64,000 nucleotides of DNA from a virus: IMG/VR virus record IMGVR_UViG_3300024503_000332; one strand, 5' to 3'. The position numbers were made by a program, and so were the translations under genes. Shown here piece after piece: positions 51,443-59,177 of this stretch. Within the stretch, counting starts at the first letter, position 1. Every line of letters begins with the position of its first letter. The notes beneath the pieces are model-generated. The model saw only the letters and a program-made list of their open reading frames with translations, had not been told where the DNA came from and made no database searches.

Positions 51443-52266
51443 TATACAACCTCTAATATTTTTTCTGTAGTTATCCTATGGACACCTATGCCTGGATGTG
51501 CGGATATACCGTCGTGGCGGTGTATGATATCTCTAGCATAACGCTGATCAATATTTGTTCGATCGATCAAGTCCATATCTATAACTACGGTATTTTCTTT
51601 AGCAAACTCGTCATTATGATTATAAGATATTTCTATTAATTTACAACCTATGTTTTTACAATACTGTCGAAGGATATTCGAATATACTAATGCTTCAGAT
51701 CTAAAGTAATCGGTCTCTTTAAGAATATCATATGCATCTATGTATTTTTGATAGTTTCTAGGATAATGACTTCCTCCTGTAAAGGTAAGGGCATGTTCCT
51801 TGTCTAAGAAAGTATAACCGGTAAGTATTGGATATTCAAAGACGCATATCTTAGGTATCTGATATTTCTGTATATAGTTGAAAAATGTATAGACCTGTAA
51901 CTTGATACTGAAGGTAGGACCAGAATAGTTAATATAGTCTAAAGATAACTTATTGGCTAAAATGTCCGAATATCGATCTTCTTCGGCTAGACCTATGCCC
52001 ATAGAAAAACTAGTACCCGAAACATATAATATATCTTTCTTTAGCTCATCAAGATCTTTAGACATCCTGAGACCCAATTTATTAAATCTGTATTCTATAT
52101 TTTTATTTCTATAAATCCAATCTAATGGCTGGTACTTTAGATTACGTTCAAAGAGGTTTAAGTTGTCCGGACCATAAAACTTTTCTCGAACGGATGGTAC
52201 CATACTATCGTGTAGATATGGCCAGCTTCCGTGTTTATATAGTTGTTCAGTGTTTAGCTTGGTCAT
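51442..52266 (-). CDS. SGNH/GDSL-like protein
   Basis: YRFNKLGLR, GTSFSMGIG, RD..HPG..H. Confidence 0.6.
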   Translation of the reverse strand: MTKLNTEQLYKHGSWPYLHDSMVPSVREKFYGPDNLNLFERNLKYQPLDWIYRNKNIEYRFNKLGLRMSKDLDELKKDILYVSGTSFSMGIGLAEEDRYSDILANKLSLDYINYSGPTFSIKLQVYTFFNYIQKYQIPKICVFEYPILTGYTFLDKEHALTFTGGSHYPRNYQKYIDAYDILKETDYFRSEALVYSNILRQYCKNIGCKLIEISYNHNDEFAKENTVVIDMDLIDRTNIDQRYARDIIHRHDGISAHPGIGVHRITTEKILEVV

Positions 52267-52982
52267 TTTATCTTTATTAAAGATTCTAAATCTTCTCTAT
52301 TAGGAGTTCCATAAAGTATAACCCAATCCGGGCCGCCGTGATTTATCACAGAGTGAAAAACTGCTGTGTTGGCTAGATATACCTTACCTGGTTCCATCAC
52401 ATACTGTCGCTCAGCACTATGTCCGAAATACCATACGCAGTTTTCGTGGATATTAAGATTCATATGCATACGAGGTATAACATCCGGATATGGCATATCT
52501 ACATGTAGATGTAGTCCAGCACCTTCTGGAATAACCTGTATTCTCATATTAAGAAGGTATCTATCTAGCCTTTTATATAACTCTTCGAAAGCACCAAACC
52601 TGTAACGAGACAATATTGAGTTTGTCTGGTCGCTGTGATTAGAATCTAATACTTCTGGATATATCTGCCTATTAGCTAAAAAGCTAAATGGTAAGGGATC
52701 ATACCTTTCTATAGACCAGTTTAGAAACCACCAATGCGATGGTCTATTTTTGTAGAAAGCAGAGTTGGCCGCTTTCCATCTACGTAGCATAGATTGTTCT
52801 AGATATTTTTCATCTTCTTCATCTACATTGAACTTTGAGCTCTGCATAGTTTCTTTAATGGTTTCGTACCATTGCATGAGACTGATGTGATCTACCGTGA
52901 ATCCAAGTTCTATTAGATCCCATTCTGTGTTACAAAGTTTATCGTAGTCTAGATTTTTTAAATCAGTGATATATCGTTCCAT
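52263..52982 (-). CDS. 2OG-Fe(II) oxygenase (Asp/Asn beta-hydroxylase-like)
   Basis: LHVD..RMH..HSVIN; WDLIEL N-terminus shared with 45492-46223. Confidence 0.8.
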   Translation of the reverse strand: MERYITDLKNLDYDKLCNTEWDLIELGFTVDHISLMQWYETIKETMQSSKFNVDEEDEKYLEQSMLRRWKAANSAFYKNRPSHWWFLNWSIERYDPLPFSFLANRQIYPEVLDSNHSDQTNSILSRYRFGAFEELYKRLDRYLLNMRIQVIPEGAGLHLHVDMPYPDVIPRMHMNLNIHENCVWYFGHSAERQYVMEPGKVYLANTAVFHSVINHGGPDWVILYGTPNREDLESLIKIK

Positions 52983-53010
52983 TAATGACCTCTATGGGTA
53001 TTTAATGGTC

Positions 53011-53043
53011 AAAAAAATAGCCCACTGGTAAAGTGGGCTATTT
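53011..53043 (-). terminator. intrinsic terminator
   Basis: ATAGCCCACT/AGTGGGCTAT inverted repeat plus T7 on the minus strand. Confidence 0.8.
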
Positions 53044-53055
53044 GTTTTATTTTGA

Positions 53056-54432
53056 TCAGTTATCTAACTGTTTCCATTGTGTACCGTTGTACCCATAGAA
53101 ATGATTATTACTGCTGTCAAATATAATCATTCCTGCCGCAGGGCTAGGATAATAACTGCTGCCATTGTAACTGCCTACTTTTACAGCAGGTGCTGCAAAA
53201 GTTCCTGCCGCGTCAAAACTATAGGTTTTAGCATTTGCTAGATTTGGACCATTCAGTAGTGTAACATCAATCCTAGCTGAAGGGTCTAGTAGTCCTGTAC
53301 CTTGTTGTGTCAATACGGCGTTGATGGATGCTACTGATGCTTCTTGATTACCACCGGTAGTAGTAAGGAATGCGTTGAAACGAAGACCACCAATACTGTC
53401 GTTGACATTGATCACCGAAGGACTGCTTAGGCTGTTTCCTGCCGCATAGAACTTGACCTGTGGTCCGTTAATACCACTAGTGATCTGTTGGATTTCTATA
53501 CCGGGGTCGGTGTTATCGTTTTGGATAACAAGCCCGGGACCTAGATCACCTAGGCCGTCGATGGTAACAACACCTGATACACTCTTAAGAGTTGAGTTAG
53601 TGATACTTAAAATAGTATTGCTGATATATGGTGTTGTAGCACTATGTAAAATAGTACCATCTGCTTTTTTCAATGTACCACGCACATCACCTACGACATT
53701 ACCTGTAACATCTGCAAACACAGGACCAGTGATTCTACCCATGACAGCATCTACTAGTAGTGTAGAATCGTCAGCAAATACAGAACCTTGTATATCACGC
53801 TTGATAGAAGTTGCGCCTGCATTGCTGATAATAGGCACTCCCCCTACAGTCGTTCCTGCTGGAAGGTTTAGGCTCGATCCGCTAACGCTAATAGCATAAC
53901 CGCCGATATCAAGTCCTGTGCCCAGATATAGTTCACGGAATCTTTTAGAAATAGTTCCTAGATCGTTTACGTTGGTTGTTCTTGGTACTGCGTGGTCGTC
54001 GATAGTATTGTTTAGATTAACGGTACCTAGGTATCCGTTAATGATGTTTGTTGAATCGTCAGCATACAACGATCCTTGGAAATCGGCTTTTACATTACCG
54101 CTGATAACGATGTTACCTGTGCCTGTAATGTTATGACCGTTTAATGCTATATTTTGTGATAGCCCGTTTAATGTAGCTACGATTTTGTCTTGTGCATCGT
54201 ATTTGGTAAAAGTTATACCTGTATTGTTAGCGTTGCCCGCTTCTAGTGCTGTCCCTATAGCGTCTCTGGCGTCTTCATCGGTATATCCTGTGATACCTAT
54301 ACCGCCCATGGTCGTGCCATCGCCTATGTATAAACGATGTCCGTCGGTGGTGTATACTAGCTCGCCAGCAGCTAATGGCTGTGTCAAGGCTAATCTTTCA
54401 GCATCAGTGCCTCTGCGAATCTGTAATGGCAT
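53056..54432 (-). CDS. tail fibre protein
   Basis: LQIRRGT...LAAGEL.YTTD..LYIGDG N-terminus; GS.FADDST repeats; GMIIFD..FYGYNGTQW C-terminus. Confidence 0.8.
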   Translation of the reverse strand: MPLQIRRGTDAERLALTQPLAAGELVYTTDGHRLYIGDGTTMGGIGITGYTDEDARDAIGTALEAGNANNTGITFTKYDAQDKIVATLNGLSQNIALNGHNITGTGNIVISGNVKADFQGSLYADDSTNIINGYLGTVNLNNTIDDHAVPRTTNVNDLGTISKRFRELYLGTGLDIGGYAISVSGSSLNLPAGTTVGGVPIISNAGATSIKRDIQGSVFADDSTLLVDAVMGRITGPVFADVTGNVVGDVRGTLKKADGTILHSATTPYISNTILSITNSTLKSVSGVVTIDGLGDLGPGLVIQNDNTDPGIEIQQITSGINGPQVKFYAAGNSLSSPSVINVNDSIGGLRFNAFLTTTGGNQEASVASINAVLTQQGTGLLDPSARIDVTLLNGPNLANAKTYSFDAAGTFAAPAVKVGSYNGSSYYPSPAAGMIIFDSSNNHFYGYNGTQWKQLDN

Positions 54433-54479
54433 AGTGTAAAACTCCTGGTTTCAAGATACTCATTATATTTATGCCAGCC

Positions 54480-54508
54480 AAAAAAATAGGACTCCGAAGA
54501 GTCCTATT
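54480..54508 (-). terminator. intrinsic terminator
   Basis: AATAGGACTC-TTCG-GAGTCCTA-TTTTTTT. Confidence 0.85.
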
Positions 54509-54524
54509 AAGTACGTAGATAATG

Positions 54525-55127
54525 TCACATCGTAGGACCGTTTCCGTTCCTGAACCCTACTTCACCGCCCTCTGCTTTGATACGTGCTATAACGTCTTCA
54601 AACAAGATAGGAGCAAAGTCCGGTGTTTGTTCTACGCAAACACAGTGATAACGAGTATCGATTTCATCGCTGTACAAAACTTCTCCTGTACGAGCATCAA
54701 CACCACGAGCCTTTTTTACACGACCTGCGTGTAAGTGACCGTGTATGTTTACACCAAATCGACCTAACGATGCTTCGTGTACTGGAATATGGCTTAATAT
54801 CATTCCGTTCATAACGTGGTAAGCACGTAACTCTCGGAAGTATTGTCCGTATTCTGTATCACGAAAAATATCGTGATTACCACGGATTAACACCTTGTCA
54901 CCGTTCAATCTGCGTAACGTTGACAAGGCCTTGCGGTTGATAACAACATCTCCCAAATGGTAGACCTTATCCGTGGGCTTAACTCTTTCGTTCCAAGCCT
55001 TAACCATAGCTTCGTCCATTTCTGCAGGATCGGTCCACGGTCTCAACTTAGAGCCATCTTCTCGAGTGAAACGGCACACGCCAGCGTGGCCAAAGTGCGT
55101 ATCACTGACTAAAAACACGCTAGGCAT
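54525..55127 (-). CDS. calcineurin-like metallophosphoesterase
   Basis: SDTHFGH, HLGD, GNHD, SH, HGHLH. Confidence 0.9.
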   Translation of the reverse strand: MPSVFLVSDTHFGHAGVCRFTREDGSKLRPWTDPAEMDEAMVKAWNERVKPTDKVYHLGDVVINRKALSTLRRLNGDKVLIRGNHDIFRDTEYGQYFRELRAYHVMNGMILSHIPVHEASLGRFGVNIHGHLHAGRVKKARGVDARTGEVLYSDEIDTRYHCVCVEQTPDFAPILFEDVIARIKAEGGEVGFRNGNGPTM

Positions 55128-55137
55128 AGTGCCCTCC

Positions 55138-55386
55138 TTACATCTTTAACAGAGCCATAGTAGCAGTTGATTCGTTTTTCATTCCTACATAGTAGGGTCT
55201 GCTATCATAGCCCCAGGCGTTCTTCTTTGGCTTGCCCCAGAATGTCATATCCCAGCGCCAACCTTCTAACTCTTTTACAGCCTTTTCTATCTTGTTAGAT
55301 TCTTCAGTAAATCTGTTGATCAAGAAGGCATAGCGATAGCCTTTGTGATACAGATTGTGTCTGCGGTCTAGTTTTATGACCTTCAT
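55138..55386 (-). CDS. hypothetical protein
   Basis: AGGAGG SD; promoter upstream. Confidence 0.7.
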   Translation of the reverse strand: MKVIKLDRRHNLYHKGYRYAFLINRFTEESNKIEKAVKELEGWRWDMTFWGKPKKNAWGYDSRPYYVGMKNESTATMALLKM

Positions 55387-55415
55387 TATGCCCTCCTTTC
55401 ATTGTTTAATATCCT

Positions 55416-55444
55416 ATTATACTATGGTGTGCTCAAAATGTCAA
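55416..55444 (-). promoter_or_regulatory. sigma70 consensus promoter
   Basis: TTGACA-17nt-TATAAT. Confidence 0.8.
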
Positions 55445-55721
55445 CCACACGTTGTTTTTGGTACCACTGGAATCTCTCACCGCGATTAACCCAATCTTGA
55501 TAGAGCTCCGGACTACCGTAACTACCTCTAGGTGCGTTATGTACAATATAGTACACAATATGTCCAAGAGACTCTTTGTTCCACGGGTCAGCGCGAACAA
55601 TAGCATTATAGACATCCCCACAGAGTAGAGCGGCTAAAAAACTACCAGGTTCATACCCGTGAGTCCAATATCGATCTAGTGCTTCAATGGTGTGACTAGG
55701 AACACTATTATCTTTTTCCAT
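55422..55721 (-). CDS. hypothetical protein
   Basis: 99 aa; PGSFLAALL..D...A..RAD motif. Confidence 0.7.
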   Translation of the reverse strand: MEKDNSVPSHTIEALDRYWTHGYEPGSFLAALLCGDVYNAIVRADPWNKESLGHIVYYIVHNAPRGSYGSPELYQDWVNRGERFQWYQKQRVVDILSTP

Positions 55722-55725
55722 ATTG

Positions 55726-55971
55726 TCAACTTCCTGTATTCTTAATCAAATACATTGTAACTTCGGGACCTTCTAACAAAACTAGATCGCTAGGATATTT
55801 GTTGCTAGGTCCCCAACCTTTTTGTCCTACTCTGGCCACTCCGATCATCTTGGGATTCAGTTTTTTAACGGTTCCAATGATCAGTGTATTGCTACCAGGG
55901 TAAGCAACACAGTCGCCTACCTTGAGTAAACGACCAAGTTTGTCACGATGTTCCGGAAGTTCTTTAGCCAT
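55726..55971 (-). CDS. hypothetical protein (SH3-like)
   Basis: DKLGRLLKVGDCVAY motif. Confidence 0.65.
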   Translation of the reverse strand: MAKELPEHRDKLGRLLKVGDCVAYPGSNTLIIGTVKKLNPKMIGVARVGQKGWGPSNKYPSDLVLLEGPEVTMYLIKNTGS

Positions 55972-55972
55972 A

Positions 55973-56281
55973 TTAAACCTTAAACAGAGCCCAAAATGCA
56001 GTCTTTTCCAAATCTTCTTGAAACTCAGGATAGACTGTATCTAACTGGTTGCGATCGATCTTCTTGTAACCTTTGTCTTCTTTCTTTTCTGCAAGACGTA
56101 GCATTTGCCAATCAGACTCATCTTTGTGCATTTTAGTCTGTAGCTTTTTACCACGACGACCCCAGAAGCTTACATAGTCCCCATCCCAACGATCGCCTGT
56201 GAGCTTGATGATACCCCAGACTTTATCGTGATTTTCAAAATCGTCTTTGCACCAACCAATGAACTTATACTCGATAGCCAT
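55973..56281 (-). CDS. WGR-like domain protein
   Basis: DKVW...FWGRRG...K.DKGY. Confidence 0.6.
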   Translation of the reverse strand: MAIEYKFIGWCKDDFENHDKVWGIIKLTGDRWDGDYVSFWGRRGKKLQTKMHKDESDWQMLRLAEKKEDKGYKKIDRNQLDTVYPEFQEDLEKTAFWALFKV

Positions 56282-56456
56282 TTGCTGCTCCGATCATAGA
56301 AATTAAAAAATACAAACTAGATAGGCCTAGTCCTATGCTCCAGATTAACATCTTGCGATTGAACTTGCCTTCGACACGATCGATCTTATATGCGCTGTAA
56401 AACATTCCGCTTTGGAACATCATTGCAGTACCGATTATCAAATAGACCAATATCAT
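56265..56456 (-). CDS. small membrane protein
   Basis: Two hydrophobic segments; coupled to neighbours. Confidence 0.6.
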   Translation of the reverse strand: MILVYLIIGTAMMFQSGMFYSAYKIDRVEGKFNRKMLIWSIGLGLSSLYFLISMIGAANGYRV

Positions 56457-56457
56457 T

Positions 56458-57135
56458 TTATCTCCAGAGTAGATCTAGGTTGCCTTTGAGGACCTGAGAA
56501 CATTTAGCTCTCTTGCCCGTCAAGTGATCTTGGACATTGTCATCTTGGAAACGATATGTGCGGATTTTGTCACCTCGCATACCAGAACCAACCTGCTGGC
56601 GTCTATCACTTGCTATGCTATTATTATACGATCTTTTCAGCTCGGAGTCAATGCGTTGTTGTAGACTAGCCACAGCTTCTGCTAGGCTATTTTGGCGACT
56701 ACGACATTCTGCTTTGGATATAATACCTGTAGGAAGGTGTGTGATACGGCAGCTATTTTGGTGCTTGTTCCGATATTGCCCACCGGCACCTGTTCCGCTA
56801 TACCATTCAATCTTTAGATCATTTTGGTTGATAGCTACGGATTCGATTTCCGTAGTGCGGTCTATGACGGCAACGGTTACGGTGCTGGTATGGACACGAC
56901 CTTTTCGTTCGGTCGGAGGCACTCGCTGGATTCTATGACCACCGGGCTCGTTGTCTAAGCCGGATAGATCTGCGCCCTCTACAAGTATTGAACACTCGCC
57001 AGGACGTACATCTATCAGGCGAGCTGTTCAGCCCAGTTTCATTCCTAGTTTTGTGTATGCCTGCGCGAGATCGCTGACAAACAGTTTACTATCTTCTCCG
57101 CCCTCTGCGGCACGGATTTCAATCACTCGTTTCAT
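56458..57135 (-). CDS. class-I peptide chain release factor (RF1-type, lacking domain 1) with in-frame UGA at codon 36
   Basis: AGGAG SD and ATGA overlap at 57135; MKRVIEIRAAEGGEDSKLF...KLG*TARLI...GGHRIQRVPPTERKGRVHTST...GAGGQYRNK...RSRQNS...IRTYRF, all in one frame. Confidence 0.9.
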
Positions 57136-57350
57136 TGCCGTCTCCTTTTCATCCATGTGTAATCTGTACCGTCCGGTAGTTTACCGTCCTTGACAGAATC
57201 TGTTCCAAATACACCAACCAGTTCGAAATCGTCGCCGTTTATTTTTACAAATAAGCCTATTTCTTTAGATCTTGTTAGTGCCAGTGATAGTGTTTCTACT
57301 TCTTCCTCGCAGGCTCTACCCCCTGCGTCATTCCATTTTACTTTATACAT
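57132..57350 (-). CDS. hypothetical protein (probably leaderless)
   Basis: Start MYKVKW at 57350, 6 nt after TATAAT. Confidence 0.7.
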   Translation of the reverse strand: MYKVKWNDAGGRACEEEVETLSLALTRSKEIGLFVKINGDDFELVGVFGTDSVKDGKLPDGTDYTWMKRRRQ

Positions 57351-57356
57351 ACTGCT

Positions 57357-57385
57357 ATTATATAGCCAATATGCATATTTGTCAA
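57357..57385 (-). promoter_or_regulatory. sigma70 consensus promoter for the release-factor operon
   Basis: TTGACA-17nt-TATAAT. Confidence 0.85.
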
Positions 57386-57389
57386 CCAT

Positions 57390-57593
57390 TTACCAGTCTT
57401 CGATTCCGCTGATTTCTACAGAAAACTCTCCACGTATACCTTCGATATTAGTATTGAGTTTTAATGTAGTAATGTCACCGATTCCAGATGAGTTATCTTG
57501 TTCTATAGAGAAACTATTAACTTCTGGAAACTTGTCTAAGATTTTTGAAACTTGTTCTAGATCTTTCCTGTTTAGATATACAGTTTTGGTCAT
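57390..57593 (-). CDS. hypothetical protein
   Basis: 67 aa; ATGA overlap. Confidence 0.65.
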   Translation of the reverse strand: MTKTVYLNRKDLEQVSKILDKFPEVNSFSIEQDNSSGIGDITTLKLNTNIEGIRGEFSVEISGIEDW

Positions 57594-58177
57594 ATATCAC
57601 CTTCTCTTTCTCTACGCTCTCTACGCTCTGCAGCCAGTGTAAAGACCTTTTCGTTGTCGTCGGTCCAATCTACAGTCTTAGGAAGAACGATCCCAAACTC
57701 GGTCGTGTAACCGTTGATGGTGTGGGGCTCGTTCTCGTCGTAACTCCATCCTAGCTTCTTCATCATCTTGTGCTTGACTAAGAGATTAGGTGAGCGAAAA
57801 GCTTCAGTATCACGGAATCCCATCATAACACCGACTTCACAGACAGCACCTGAGCGACAAACACCTGCTACACAGTGAACAACAACATTCGTACGATTTT
57901 CAAATGCACGTTGTAGAAGTTCTACCAGTTGATCGGCCTGTGCCTGTGTGATAGCGAACTCGCTCATGTCGACCATTTTACCGTCGCCGAAGTTAGTCAT
58001 TCCATCTTCCTCGATGTCAAGGAACTCGAACTGATGCACTTCTCTGAACTGGTAGCTAGGAGTAGGAAACTCCATAGCAGGATCGACGATCTGAATCAGC
58101 ATAGAGTTAATACCCGCATCGATGTGATGACCTTTCTTAACATCGCTGAGAGACACATTTTGGATCCACGGATTCAT
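57590..58177 (-). CDS. protein tyrosine/dual-specificity phosphatase-like protein
   Basis: FLD loop; VHCVAGVCRSGAV (CX5R). Confidence 0.8.
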   Translation of the reverse strand: MNPWIQNVSLSDVKKGHHIDAGINSMLIQIVDPAMEFPTPSYQFREVHQFEFLDIEEDGMTNFGDGKMVDMSEFAITQAQADQLVELLQRAFENRTNVVVHCVAGVCRSGAVCEVGVMMGFRDTEAFRSPNLLVKHKMMKKLGWSYDENEPHTINGYTTEFGIVLPKTVDWTDDNEKVFTLAAERRERREREGDI

Positions 58178-58178
58178 T

Positions 58179-58616
58179 TTACAATCCTCTCTGGTTGATG
58201 AACTTCATTAGACGATAAAGTACCTTTTCGCCATTAGGACAAGCACGAGCGATTTCATCACTATTTTCGTGCAGCCTTACGTCTTTAACGACCTTAGGCT
58301 TTAGGCGTGTGCCTGGATGTGTAACTTCAATAGACCAGTCAGTCCTATAAGCCCAGCGATCCCAGTGGCGCTTACCTTTGCATTCAAAGACACGGCCCTT
58401 CTGGTTTTTAATCACGTAGTGAAGATAATCTTTCTTCTCGAAAGTAAAATCGGCACAGTACTGATCTACAGTCCTTTTGAACTCACGCTCTGTGTCGAGA
58501 GCTCTCATTCGGTTTGCGATTTTGATCATATCACTGGTACCTAGTCCCATTAGTTGGCTCTGCACCATGATACGTTCTTGTTTGTCAGTTAGTTGAGCTC
58601 GACCTCGTGCCATCAT
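58179..58616 (-). CDS. hypothetical protein
   Basis: 145 aa; AGGAG SD. Confidence 0.7.
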   Translation of the reverse strand: MMARGRAQLTDKQERIMVQSQLMGLGTSDMIKIANRMRALDTEREFKRTVDQYCADFTFEKKDYLHYVIKNQKGRVFECKGKRHWDRWAYRTDWSIEVTHPGTRLKPKVVKDVRLHENSDEIARACPNGEKVLYRLMKFINQRGL

Positions 58617-58628
58617 TTACTCCTTAAG

Positions 58629-58871
58629 TCATTTGCCGTAAAGCCTCTTCATACGCTCGCTGTGTTCTTGACAGTAGATACACATAGTAACTCCTGGCAC
58701 AGCGACCTGTCTTTCTTTGGGGATAGCTTCCCCACATTCTTCACACTCTTCCAAACTCGGACCCTTGGGCATTTTGGCACGATGTTCGGCCAATGCTTTT
58801 GCGTTTAGTTGTAGAGCAAGGATCTGAGCGATCTCAGCTTCTTCCTCGTTGTTGTATTCAAAGTCATTCAT
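58629..58871 (-). CDS. DksA/TraR C4-type zinc finger protein
   Basis: CEECGEAIPKERQVAVPGVTMCIYCQ. Confidence 0.85.
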   Translation of the reverse strand: MNDFEYNNEEEAEIAQILALQLNAKALAEHRAKMPKGPSLEECEECGEAIPKERQVAVPGVTMCIYCQEHSERMKRLYGK

Positions 58872-58908
58872 AGTAAATCCTCGGGATGAGTTTATTTAAC
58901 GAAACAAT

Positions 58909-58937
58909 ATTATAACACACCATTTTGGATTTGTCAA
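58909..58937 (-). promoter_or_regulatory. sigma70 consensus promoter
   Basis: TTGACA-17nt-TATAAT. Confidence 0.85.
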
Positions 58938-58938
58938 G

Positions 58939-59015
58939 TGGTGCCCTAGGCGGGATTCGAACCCGCAAAACCTACGACCTCAACGTAGTGCGTATACCGA
59001 TTCCGCCACCAGGGC
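58939..59015 (-). tRNA. tRNA-Leu(GAG), short variable loop
   Basis: Cloverleaf; CTACG-TTGAGGT-CGTAG; CCA end. Confidence 0.85.
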
Positions 59016-59016
59016 T

Positions 59017-59091
59017 TGGTGCGCGATGAGAGATTCGAACTCCCGACATCCGTCGAGTCAGGACGGAACTCTACCACTGAGTTAATCGCGC
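59017..59091 (-). tRNA. tRNA-Val(GAC)
   Basis: CCGTC-CTGACTC-GACGG; CCA end. Confidence 0.85.
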
Positions 59092-59101
59092 TGAAGATTT
59101 T

Positions 59102-59177
59102 TGGTGCTGGTGAGTGGGATTGAACCACCGACCCCTTCCTTACCAAGGAAGTGCAACTACCACTGTGCTACACCAGC
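59102..59177 (-). tRNA. tRNA-Thr(GGT)
   Basis: CTTCC-TTGGTAA-GGAAG; CCA end. Confidence 0.9.

Noticed and set aside
57020-57040. prfB-type +1 frameshift at the release-factor UGA
   Set aside because: The downstream motifs are in the same frame as the upstream ATG, and there is no CUU-UGA slippery site.
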